Positions 13,014 to 24,446 are shown, numbered from the whole stretch's first letter. The stretch is DNA of 63,467 nucleotides, filler included, from Pelomyxa schiedti (GCA_020536535.1; 6 parts of 6 records of this genome joined end to end with filler, not necessarily neighbours in it); one strand, 5' to 3'. Notes: a model not told the origin generated them from the sequence alone. Translations and numbers: made by a program.

Positions 13014-14170
13014 TTGTTTGTTCAAGTGAGGAGGGATGTGGGAGGTGCTGATGAAGTGCAGCCGCCCGATTCTCAGCAGGCTCCCCCACGCCCCCACCAG
13101 CAGCATCCCCATGGTCCCCAGCAGCACGGCCGCCGCCTCAGCGATAACTGGCCCCCGCCCCATCAAAAGCAACAGCAGCAGCAATACAGGCAACAGCAGT
13201 CCAGGAGCCGGCAGCACCATCAATCCCAGCACCACCTCGCATCCCCACCGTGTGCTCCCGCTGTGGCAGCGGCGGAGCCACCTGCTCCTGCTCCGCCACA
13301 GATGACTACATCGTCCTCCTCCTCCTCCATCACCACCAGCTCGGCGGCGTCATCATCTGCTGCTGCTGCTGCCGTGGCTGTGCCCTCCCTCTGTCTTAAT
13401 GCAAAGCAACAGCCTCCACAACAAAGCAGTTCGTCTGACGGATCAGGGTTCATATCCCTCAGACGCTATGAGGGACCCGCTGTGCATGTGCCGCCACGAG
13501 GTTGGTCTGCGCCCGTGCTCCCAAGAAGCATCAGGAGGATCACTTTCGACGACCTCGAGGTAGACTACCAACTTGGAATATCTGAGGGCACCTATGGCGC
13601 GGTATAACATCAGTCTTCAAGAACACAGAGTAAGACTGGCTCAACTAAAGAACTTCTGCCTCTCTGAGGAACGTTTGATACCTCATCTCATCATCATCCT
13701 TCCAGAACTCTTTTGTCAGTTGGACTGCAACCTTCCCACCAGGGTATACCGCGCCATAGGTGCCCTCAGATATTCCAAGTTGGTAGTCTACCTCGAGGTC
13801 GTCGAAAGTGATCCTCCTGATGCTTCTTGGGAGCACGGGCGCAGACCAACCTCGTGGTGGCACATGCACAGCGGGTGCCTCCAGTGCTTTGTTTGAGAAC
13901 AAGTCATTGACTAACACCTTAATATATAATTTATTTTATCACAGGCACAAGGTCTTATGTGGCTGCACTCTGTGGGATTTTTGCACAAGTATGTAAGTCA
14001 TTTCCTTCCTTCTCGTGTTGTGTTCCTCAGGATTTTTTGCTAAAACAACAAAAAAAAACCCAGTGATATCAAACTTGCCAATTTTCTCATAGACCAGTAC
14101 TTCAATTGCGTGGTGAGTCACTCCCCTCCCTGTGCCTGTCTGTGGGTGGCCATTAACCCTCATCCGTCCG
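13014..14170 (+). pseudogene. Protein kinase (TKL-like) with Q/S-rich N-terminus, disrupted by an internal inverted duplication and truncated at the contig end
   Basis: RRITFDDLEVDYQLGISEGTYGAV (subdomain I). Subdomains II-III (VAVQL..FLREAEVL) appear only on the minus strand at 13607-13744. The plus strand resumes with exon AQGLMWLHSVGFLH (about 13944-13989) and N-DIKLANFLID (from 14064). Start uncertain. Confidence 0.7.
13475..13876. repeat. 132-bp inverted repeat (13475-13606 / 13745-13876), 1 mismatch, 138-bp spacer
   Basis: acccgctgtgcatgtg...ggcgcggtata and its reverse complement, read directly. Confidence 0.93.
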
Positions 14171-14270
14171 NNNNNNNNNNNNNNNNNNNNNNNNNNNNNN
14201 NNNNNNNNNNNNNNTTAATTAATTAANNNNNNNNNNNNNNNNNNNNNNNNNNNNNNNNNNNNNNNNNNNN
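14171..14270. other. Artificial contig-joining spacer
   Basis: 44N-TTAATTAATTAA-44N. Confidence 0.97.
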
Positions 14271-14913
14271 AGCAACCAGTAGGAATGACATCTGAGTGTA
14301 TTGTCTCTGTGAACAGCTGTATAGCACCAGTGTGTTCCCCATGCACAACACTACAGTTATCACCAATCACAGAATATGCCCTGTTTGCAGGAAGCTCACA
14401 TTGATCTAAGGCTTTTTGCAGTGCTAAAAGGAGCCTTTGAGAATAAGCTAAAACAAATCAGAGCCTCCACAAAGGTGATTAAATACATACAGAACTCAAG
14501 GCTAGCACCTCAGGAATCTTGTTGATGCTCACCATCAATGAAAGGTCTCTCAAAGCACAAGCTCTCATCTGAGAGAAATCACACTTGAGCAATTGTGTCT
14601 TACATACCAATTTCTTTTTCTGTTTTGCTGACAATGTGGATTGGACTTGGCAATGATCCTGCAAGAGTCCATTCACCAGTTGGGTCAATTGTCTTACTTG
14701 TTTCTTTGAGGAGATGTGATGCCCTAGGATTTTCTCACAAATCCCTGTTGGTATTCTTACTTGTCGGCCTATAAAAAGTCAGAAAAAGGATGAAAGTGTA
14801 ACAGAACTCTTTCTGGTCTGTGAATTATCTGTTTTCCGTGTTCTTCTTTTTGATGCTTTTTTCCCTGAGCTTGGTTTCTCAACATTACTCAGACTCTCAC
14901 TATCACTAACACC

Positions 14914-14983
14914 CTCAGAGTCACTGCTGGAACCCTCAGAGTCACTGCTGCCACTCTCAGAGTCACTGCTGGCACTCTCAGAG
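14914..14983 (-). repeat. 21-bp tandem repeat x3.3 (ctcagagtcactgctg-core) encoding S/D/E-rich SSDSE repeats on the minus strand
   Basis: Units start at 14914, 14935, 14956 and 14977. Confidence 0.85.
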
Positions 14984-16777
14984 ATGATGGTTTTTGATCC
15001 ACAATAGGAAAGGCTCTCTCCCATATCACTGTGGGTTGCCTTAGAGTGTGTTGGTTATGTTAGCATTCCTATCTTAAATAAACCTTATCAGTCATTGCTG
15101 TGACACTTTTACATTTCATTAATTGTTGTAAAAGTTGAGTTCTTTCTGGCATTTGAGGAATATTTTGGTGACTCAAACAGAATGCAAGAACTTCATGCAA
15201 TTCATGACAGTCAAGCTCATCACATTTCAATGTCAGAAGTCTTTCCTCAGGTGCACATTCTTCAAATTGGAAAGAGTGCTCAAACAATGCCACACAATCT
15301 GGTGAGGTAATTACATTCATTACTGTTCATGTAACAAGTTTAACCTTGAACTTTGGTCTTCTGTGGATGCGTGTTAGACCTCAAAACCATCATGCCACAA
15401 CTTCGAATGCACTACCACATACCACAACAGTTTGCCCACAATCAAACAGGTTTTTCGTAATCAATTTAGGAGAATGATACAATCTGGTCCGGGTGCTGGA
15501 AAATTGTACTTTTTTTTTCCGGCACCCGTCTGGTTACCGCCACTTTTTGGGTTTTCTCAGTCCCAGTGCCTCCTTTTTCACTGGGAACCAAGGGAAACAC
15601 TGCTCACAGCTCTGTACTACCTTCTCCCCCTGGTTCGACACGATTTTGACACCATCCGGACCAGATCCAGAATTTTCTTGTGTTTTTTGGGTAGAGTTGG
15701 TTTGACCCCCAAATGTGGGAGGGAGTAGGCTTTCCTACTTAGGGGTTAGTCCGACTGTGGGCAGTGCCCACACCTACCAGAAGGTCACAAAGTGCTGGAA
15801 ATGAGAAAAAGGGCAGGGACAGTCTTTGCATTTACCTGTCATGGGTTTAGTGGGGTGATCATACAAAGAGAGGATTTACCTTGAACAGATTCAAGGTGAT
15901 GACAGGCTTTCATCTCTCAAGTGTGAGAAATCGAAAAAGAAAAACAGAGAAATACCTCAGTGCAAGTCAGTCTTGGATGCTGCAGAAATTGAAAAAGAAA
16001 AAAGGAGTCACACACCAGTGCCATAAGGTGCCAGAAACACAGATTGAATGCAGGAAAAAAGAACTGTGTGAAGTGTGGTCTCAACTGTTCGAGAAAAAAA
16101 AAAACCCAAAACAAAACAAAACTGAGAAACAAGACTGGTGTGATCTCAACAAACAAAATACAACTACCAACAACTGAATGCCGGCAATGACTCCTCATAC
16201 AGGTTGATGGAAAAAGACCTAAAGGAATTTAAAAAGTTCATAAGATAACGAATTAAAGTGCATAAATTGTTAAAATAATTTATTATTTAACACCACTCCA
16301 TGCATTCAGATATAAAATAAATAAAACAAGTGTGGAAGTGAGACACAACAGGAAACGAGGGGTACCTGGGAAAAATCACATAAGCCATCGAATTCCCCTG
16401 TGTGTCCCCTCAGTGCCAACCAGGAACCCCTGGCAGCAGTTACTTAGAGGGGAGGGTAAATTGAGCACAATACCTGAAAGATCGTGACCACTTGACACCA
16501 CCTCCCTTGGCAGGCCACTGACGCGGTTCTTTTTTATTTTATTTATTTATGGTCCAGGGCCAGCCTCCCCTGCAACAAGTGGCAAACAAAACAAAATTTA
16601 AAACAAGTCCAGAGAGGGCCGTATGTACATGTTATGTTCCCGGTGCAATGATGGTCGTGAGTGTCAAGAGGCGAGACAGCAGGGGATGGGTGTGAGGCCA
16701 AAATAATGGTGTTGCGCTGTGGTGCGTCGCGTTGCTTTCCGTTGCGTTGCATTGCCCTCATCACACGTTCCATTTCG

Positions 16778-17006
16778 ATGGCGAACCAAAAAGACGGAGC
16801 AACCCACTCGGCAGACACAGAGAACAAACAACAGATCTTGGGGATCGCACGAGTCGTCTGGGAGCAAGTTGTGGTGCCGTGGGTCCTGCGGCCCGCGGTG
16901 GCTCGCCGCGAGTTGGGCAGCGAGCTCCAGCCCACGATTACGTCGTGCGTGCTGGCCACAGCGGAGGCCATGTTCCCCCTCGTGGCCCTGGCCTCCCGCG
17001 CCGTCG
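16778..17006 (+). CDS. 5' fragment of an expanded ankyrin-like repeat family gene, truncated by the contig end
   Basis: MANQKDG..IARVVWEQVVVPWVL..VLATAEAMFPLVALASRAV aligns with the N-termini at 46808(-) and 60807(+) (VSHVVWxHVVPVW..VGEALWPLVxLACRAVVG). Confidence 0.7.
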
Positions 17007-17106
17007 NNNNNNNNNNNNNNNNNNNNNNNNNNNNNNNNNNNNNNNNNNNNTTAATTAATTAANNNNNNNNNNNNNNNNNNNNNNNNNNNNNNNNNNNNNN
17101 NNNNNN
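17007..17106. other. Artificial contig-joining spacer
   Basis: 44N-TTAATTAATTAA-44N. Confidence 0.97.
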
Positions 17107-17451
17107 TACCGGGGGGGGGAAATGAAAAGTTGAAGGCCTGGAACCCGGTCTACAAAGTGAATATACAATCTGAAGGCAATGAACATACAGCACAACTGAA
17201 TCACAAAGAATGAGCTCAATACTCCACTCATGAGTGGAGGCATCTGATAGTTAAATGCCATTTTGGGTGGCAAAGGATATTTTGGCTGGTAGTACTATTC
17301 CCTGCAATTCTGTCAATGTAGGAATGGAGATTCGTGGTTTACAAGTCTGGCAATCACAGGAATGGAGAAATACATTGCGGAGTTGTACAAGCCTCACAGG
17401 ACTTGGACCTAAGTCAAGTGACCAGCGATACTGTAAGAGCTCACAAATACC

Positions 17452-19244
17452 TTGGCCATGACAAATACACAGGCTCTTTCAATGATTGAAGCAACAGGAA
17501 CAACAATGAAACCGCTGGATCAAGGTGTTCAGTGTGATAACTCCAAAGAAATCAAAACTGAAAATATCATAGAGGGAAAAAAAGGGCTGCAGGGACACAA
17601 GTGTCACCCACAACAACAAACTCCCCCAGCCAGCCACTCCCCTACTTACACCACCACCGCAAGTTACACTCAGCTCCCCTCAATGGCGTCAGTTCTAACC
17701 AATCCAGTCCCCACAGTCCGGTCCATCAAAACATCTCTCTTCCCCCTGCTCAAGAGGATCTGGGACCCAGTCTTCAGGCGGATTGCTGCTGGAGACGCAA
17801 AGGCATGGGAGGATCTTGCAACCCTCCCATCCCACCTCCTTGCTGCCACCCCTAGGGGTGGTGCAAGGGGTACAGCCACCCTAAAATACCGAATGGAGTC
17901 ATTCCTGAAAAATGAGGCAATCCCTCCCCCCCTCACCACCCACAAAGATCAAAAACCCTTTGACAAAGTGGAGAAGGCGGAGGCCTCAGCAAAGGCAGGA
18001 CGGCTCTCCCTGGCAGCTAAGCATCTCTTCAAGAACAACACTCTCCTCCCATACTCTCACAGTGTTATCAAGAATCTCAAGCGGAAACACCCAGCCAGGG
18101 AATATGACTCTTTTGGCTCCCCTCCATGCTCCCCTACCCTCACCCTTGGAGATACAATGGGAGCCATTGAATCAGCCCCGCGAAGCTCCTCACAAGATCA
18201 ATGGGGGTACAGGTATGAGCATTGGCAGGCCCTACTGAAGGCAGGTGCTAGTTTGCATGACTTCATGAAGGGTGTCCACTGTGGATCCATACCAATCCCT
18301 GCCTCAATACAACCCACATGGTCTGGAGGGAACCTCCTCCCTTTCGCCAAACCACAGCAGCCTGATGATGTTAGGCCCATAGTCATTTCCCTAACCCTCC
18401 GCAGACTAATCTCCAGGGCAGCCTTGGTGCACATTCAGAAGTCAGCCAAGGACTTCTTCCTCCCCTTCCAGTTTGGTGTAGGGGTGAAGTGGATGATCTT
18501 CTCTGCACCCTTCTTCATCACCAGAGATGCCGCTGAGACTGTCTGAAGGCCTTTACATACCTTCAGAATGCCCTTCCCAAACTGGGTCTCCACCTTAACC
18601 CTGCCAAATGCACCATCTTCAACAAAGACACCACCCTCATGCAGAACAACAGGGGACTGACCCTCTCCCCAGAAGGTATCAAAGTTCTCGGTTCTTTCAT
18701 TGGAGAAGAGGACTTTGTGGCAAGGTCAGTCAAGCTGAAGGTCAACATGTGGGCTGGCAACATCCACACGCTGGAGCAATTAAAATCATTCCAGCTCCGC
18801 CTCCTCATGTTGAGGCACACCCTAGCCCAAAACCCAAACTACCTCTGCCGAACTACCCCAACAGAGGGGTCTTGGTTTACTCCACTGAACAGCAGCATGT
18901 ACAATCTCCTCCAGGGCATGCTGAAATCGGCAATTCCACCAAAAAATCAAGGCTTGGTTCACTGGCCTGCAAAGCAGGGAGGCCTGGGGCTTCCCAATTT
19001 CCAGGCAATGCACAAGATCTGTATCCAGAGTTCATGGCATGAAACCCAGCACCTTCCCCCCAGCATCAGCTCCCAACCCCCTTATGTGGATCCCATCCCA
19101 GAGAAAATTGTGCAGGAACTCCAAGGAAAACAACTGACGGCAAAACTCCAAGGCACACATGGCCTCAAGATGGACCAAGGTCATTCCCTCAATCCCTCAG
19201 CTCAACACACAACTTGCGTGGAATCAAGTCACTGTGCATTTTAA
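17452..19244 (+). mobile_element. Degenerate non-LTR retrotransposon, CRE/SLACS-like clade, internally deleted RT
   Basis: AGRLSLAAKHL; DQWGYRYEHW; LLPFAKP..DVRPIVISLTLRRLISR..PFQFGVG. A deletion then joins this to (Y)VDD at 18489-18497, followed by GLHLNPAKC, GIKVLGSFIG and WPAKQGGLGL. Frameshift and in-frame stop present; no C-terminal REL endonuclease visible. Confidence 0.8.
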
Positions 19245-19532
19245 CCACTCTTCAGAACAAATCTACGCTCACCTGCTCTTAGTGTATTTTTTTCCCACGA
19301 GTTTGATCTGAACTTGCACCAGGAGGGGGAACATGTCTACTTCTGTTATTGACAGCTACTACTTTGGATTGAGTGATGCTTAGAATAGCGGTTCTAAATC
19401 TAATGCCAAGTTGCGGAAAGCTAAACAGCGTTGACAGCATTGCCCTGTGTGCCACACGTTTAAACGCACTTGATCTTTGTAACCAAAGAGGAAAAAAATA
19501 ATTTGTTTTGTTCATAGTAGTGCACTAGCTTA

Positions 19533-19546
19533 TGGTGGAGGTGCTG
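19533..19546 (+). promoter_or_regulatory. Putative primer-binding site (tRNA-Ala-like) of the Gypsy element
   Basis: TGGTGGAGGTGCTG is complementary to a tRNA 3' end CAGCACCUCCA-CCA, typical of eukaryotic tRNA-Ala. It lies about 80 nt upstream of gag. Confidence 0.6.
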
Positions 19547-19931
19547 TTTTGATACCTGGTATTAAGCAGCCATAACATCTTCGGTGAGCATCTAAGGTAT
19601 TATAACTCTCAACCAAGATCTAGATGAAAGGAGCGAAGTCTAGCAACAAACATGCGCCTGCACCTGTGTCGAGTAAGGACAAGGGCAAAGAAAAGGCTGA
19701 CGGCAAGGCCGATGATGAGGGTGAAAAGACTGGCGATGATGTGTCAGATCCACAGAAGTTGGCGAGCTTGCTACAAGCACAGCAACAAGCCAAGATTGAA
19801 AGCGGGAAGAGAATCCCTGCATTGGAGGACACACTCACTCAGATATTGCACAGCTCAAGGGAAAAGAAAATACAGATGGCGCCAATCATGGTAATTCCCA
19901 AGTAGAAGCTGATAATGCCATTGAGGTTGTA

Positions 19932-20080
19932 AATAATTTGAAAAGCAACTGCTGAGCATCGCCGCGCTTCACAGTAAGCTTATGCAACGCAAGTAACGCA
20001 TCCTCCACTGTTCCATCAGCAAGTCCTTGTGCATCAAAGAATGACTGCATGATATAGGGTATCCTGCTTTTCAAATTATT
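19932..20080. repeat. 16-bp perfect inverted repeats (19932-19947 / 20065-20080) flanking a 117-bp inverted gag segment
   Basis: aataatttgaaaagca and tgcttttcaaattatt. The inner segment is open only on the minus strand. Confidence 0.85.
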
Positions 20081-23000
20081 CAAAGCAACGAATCCATAAT
20101 AACTTACGCAGATTATTTCCAGAGAAGCAGCATTGCTGGAGATGGATTTAGGACCCGATGTGATACGCAAACTATTCATTGGTGGATTGCAGCCACGCTA
20201 TTACAAAGCTGCACTGAATGCACCAATGCACCAGATACAGACATAACCAGTCCAGTGCAAAAGCTTCAAGAGGTGGAAGATCACGATAAATCGTTCCCTG
20301 GATTTCAAGGCCATGGTTACCAGCACAGACAATATACTAATTACAATCATGCCCCACATACTATTACAATCAAGACTAAGGGAGGTGGTAGTACCACGAG
20401 GACTACTGGAGGTTCTAGTCAGTCTGGTCAATCAAATAGTACTACGCCAAGTAAGAGTGGTGGCTCAACGCATGGAACGAGGGAACCTGAGGGCAAGGGA
20501 TCACACAAGTCAATCCAGTGTTACAATTGTCATGGATATGGACATACTGCGAAGAACTGCAGAAAGCCGAAAATGTGTGGATTCCAACCAAAGAGTAAGG
20601 GAAAGACCAAAAAGTCACAAAGTCGTGGTGGGAAGCCTGAGAGTAAGTCGGGAAGTAGCACTGTCTGCCCTGCCAAGGTGGATGGTAAGGAGAAGGTGGA
20701 AGAGCCGGCAAGTTCTTTACCTTCGTCTGCTGCTCCTACTGAGACTAAGCAGACCAAGCACGCTTTTGGTGAGAAAACAAGCTGTTGGTTATCCTCACTC
20801 CTTGGGAAAGTAAATGGTAAGCCAGTGACACTGATGATAGATAGTTGTTCGTCTATTTCAGTGATCAGCGAAGATGCACTCAAGCATATTGTGCCAAACG
20901 CAGAAGTAACAGAAATGCCCAGTTTGGTGAAAGCCGAGGCTATCAATGATACATTAGTCGAATTATGGGGAAGAATTGACCTACAATTGCCTTGCCGATT
21001 ACTTATACTTCTACTTATTACCACACAAGTACCGATTAACAATTGGAAAGTTGGAGAACATTTGACATCTCAACAGAAAGAAGAGCTCATATCTCTGTTG
21101 AATAGTAATTGCAAAGTATTCGCCACATGTGTGGAGGAACTTAGAGAGATGAAAGGAATTGAACATGAAAACAAGCTAACGTCTAACATACCTATTAACA
21201 ACAGATGTCATACGGCAAATCCGGCCAAGAGAGAGCTGGAAAAGCAGGAAGTGCAGAAGTTACTTGATACTGGTGTAGCAAGATGGAGCAAGAGCCCATA
21301 CTCAGTGCCAGTAGTACTTGTCAAGAAGAAAGATGGATCAATACGTTTCTGTGTTGATTACAGGTGACTAAACGCCATTACTATCAAAGATGTGTTTCCA
21401 ATGCCAGATGTGACTTCCACAACTCATTTGCTAGGCGAAAATCGCTGGTGGTCAAAGCTAGATGCCTACAGTGGTTATTGGCAAGTGAAGGTGAAGGAAG
21501 AGGACATACCAAAGACTGCATTCAGTTGTGCTCTTGGACATCTCGAAATGGTTCACATGCCATTCGGTTTGGTAAACGCTGGTGCAACCTACCAACGCGG
21601 CATGAGTCATGTTCCAAGGCAAACAATGGCAGTACATACTTACATACATTGATGACATAATTGTTTTTTCGCATACATTTGAAGAGCACATGCAACATTT
21701 GCAAGAAGTCTTCAATTGTCTGAACAACACTGGTGTGAGGTTGAAACACACCAAGTGTGAATTCTGTATGGAGAAGATTAACTTTCTAGGTCACATAATT
21801 AGCAAAGAAGGAATCAGACCTGATCCTTCCAAGATGGAAGCCATTACGCAGTTTCCATCCAGTCCCAAAAGGCGTTGAGGAACTGAGACTATTTCTGGGA
21901 ATGACAGGCTACCATCAAATATTTGTGAAGGACTACACAATCAAGCAAACGCACTGGTAAAGAGACTATCAGGTGATTGGCAATGGAGTCGGAAGGAGCA
22001 ACTCTCTTTCGAAAACCCGAAGAAGGAATTGTGTCAAGCACCTATATTAGGACATCCTAATTGGTCCCTACCGTTTAACTTGGAAACAGATGCTAGCACC
22101 CGTTCTTGATGCAGAGAACGAGGTAGTGACTGAGGATCACGCAATTGAGAACTCTGTATTATTTGCCTGTAAGGAGTTTACACCGAAGGAGATGTATGAC
22201 TTACAGAGAGCGGACCCTGAATTGTATTTCATCATCAATTGTCTGGTGGGTAGAGACAAACCATCACCAGAATTGGCATGGAAGTTGCCATGGTATTTCA
22301 TCGATGAGGATTATCTATTGAAACATTTTCAGAAAGATCAGAAAAGAGATTCCATTTTGTCTTGTGTAGTTGTACCTAAAGACAAGAGATGGGGAGATTT
22401 TCGCATATTATCACAATAACGATCTAGGAGCACATCTGAACACTGATCAAACACTCGCTAGGATACTCCGAACGTTCTGGTGGGATACCATAGTCAGCAA
22501 TGTGCACAAGCAAGTAAAGTGTTGCCCAGAATGTCAACAGTGTAATACGTTGCAGCACTGTATCCATTCCATACTATCCAATGGGACCATGCTGGATCAT
22601 TTGGTAAGAAAGCAACCGCTAATGGAAACAGATTCATACTCAATGTGATTGATGTATTTTTAAACTACTGGATATGTATTCCAACTCCGAATGAGGAAAG
22701 TGCTACAACAGCTAAACTGCTGTGGGAACATGTGTTCGAAGTTCGGTATACCTCAGATTGTGATGACTGATGGTACCGTAAGGAACACAGCTCAAGTGAT
22801 TGAACAGTTACATACATTCATGAACATGGTTCATAATGTCAATGCACCGTACAGACCTCAAACAATAGGAAGAGTTGAACAAGTTAATTCCGTTCTCAGA
22901 AGAGCACTGAAGAAAGCTGGTGACAAAAGTGCCAAGTGGGATCAAATCATACCTGCTCTCACGTATGCGCACAACACAGCGCCGAATACTGCAACTGGAT

Positions 23001-23529
23001 TAGTACTGTTTACACTCGAATTCGGAGAGAACCTATTGAACTAATTGCAGCACCGTTTATGCGCATTGAGTGCAAGGAGGCCCACACTTGCATCAAGCAG
23101 ATACAAAAAGGATGGGAATTTGCTAACCCTCACATCTACAAAGTCAAGTTCCGGGGATACTCTGGTGGAACCAAGTGGATTCATGGTAGCAAGCTGGTGA
23201 CAACAGCATCACCGATTTCACATCATGTTGATTAAACACTATATAAAGGCTAGAGTGACAATAATTTTTTTTCCTTTGTCCGCCCGGTTGGCCCAACGCC
23301 CATGAGCCGACCAGCCAAAACAACGGAACAGGTGCATTACTATGCAGTATGAGGAGGCTGTGAAATTGGTCATTGTTGGTGGGGTCTTCGAACATCCAGA
23401 CAAACATCCACACAAAACCATCAACATAACAGAAAAGAACACAAAAAACCCCGAGTGACGCTGGACTGGCGGAGCCCTAGCACCCCCACAAAAAAAAATC
23501 CACCATCCCCCTGTCCTTGACCCTCTCCA

Positions 23530-24371
23530 CATCATTTACAAGAAATTTTTTGGAGATAGTTCCTTTTCCTGTTGCGGAACCTCCGTTGTGTGACTGAATC
23601 TTAACAATTTTTTTTTCATTTCTTATTTTTATCCACGAATTACATGCACTTGAAGTTATTGATACCTTTTTACAATCCTGTCACAGTCATAGATCAGATT
23701 ACTCTTGTGCATACAATGGTATTAAACTTCACAGCAATCAAGAACTCCGAGTTTTACTGGCAATTTTAGCTGTGGATGGTGCCCCTATTGCTGCTTTATT
23801 TGAAACACACCATGTGCTTCTTGCTTCTGATCTGGCAACCAACTTGATTGGCACTGTTGATGATGTAACTGCGAGAACTAATTTGGCTGACAGGCACCTG
23901 TGCAGAATCCTTTGGGAAATATTTGCTTCATATGCAGACCACACGACAGCACACTGTTTCTTTATTCAGGCCAAAGCAGGATGTGGGAAGACATTCCTGG
24001 CTCAGTATTTGTTATCCTCCTTGAGATTAGAACACCAAGTTGCTTCTACAGCATTTGCTGCTTGACAGTATGAACGTGGAGGTACAGCACACATGGTTTT
24101 TGGAATTCCAGTGCAAAAAAAACTGGATATTGTTTCTCCTGACAGAATAACCTCCAACATAGCACTCAACAGTCAGAGGGCAGCATTGCTTCGAGCCACA
24201 ACAGTGATATTTTGGGATGAGATGCCCATGGCAAACAAAACTACAAGAGCCTCATTGTTAAGGCACAATATTCTTCTTTGTACAACCACTGACATGTTTC
24301 CCAAGTCAGGAAAGGCAAAAGTCACAGACTTTACCCAGAGCAGCCAAATAGAAGACAGTGTCTTCAACTAA
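23530..24371 (+). mobile_element. Helitron-like (PIF1 helicase) relic
   Basis: FIQAKAGCGKTFL (Walker A), STAFAA*QYERGGTAHMVFGIP and IFWDEMPMANK (Walker B) match the PIF1/Helitron helicase. Stops and deletions present. Confidence 0.72.
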
Positions 24372-24446
24372 ACAGTGTGCACTTCACATCAAGCTGGGGA
24401 CACTATCAGTAACAGCAAAGATGGAATAGTGACTGCTGCTTTAACC

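Larger units (their letters stand above)
19533..23235 (+). mobile_element. Degenerate Ty3/Gypsy LTR retrotransposon (gag-PR-RT-RH-IN)
   Basis: Gag LFIGGL plus CCHC knuckle CYNCHGYGHTAKNC; protease LMIDSCSS; RT RFCVDYR*LN, KLDAYSGYWQ, MPFGLVNA, YIDDIIVFS; RNase H start LETDAS followed by a deletion; integrase HHCC (HLNT..CPECQ) and PYRPQTIGRVEQVN. Many stops and frameshifts. No paired LTRs recognised. Confidence 0.92.

Noticed and set aside
17452-23235. RT genes as the engine of the discoidin hypervariation (a complete DGR)
   Set aside because: They are a LINE-type and a Gypsy-type RT, both dead and on a different scaffold. No DGR-type RT, Avd or template region is visible in the window.
19624-24371. 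Alternative genetic code or stop-codon readthrough
   Set aside because: In-frame stops occur only in TE relics together with frameshifts and deletions. Host genes splice into clean frames with standard stops.
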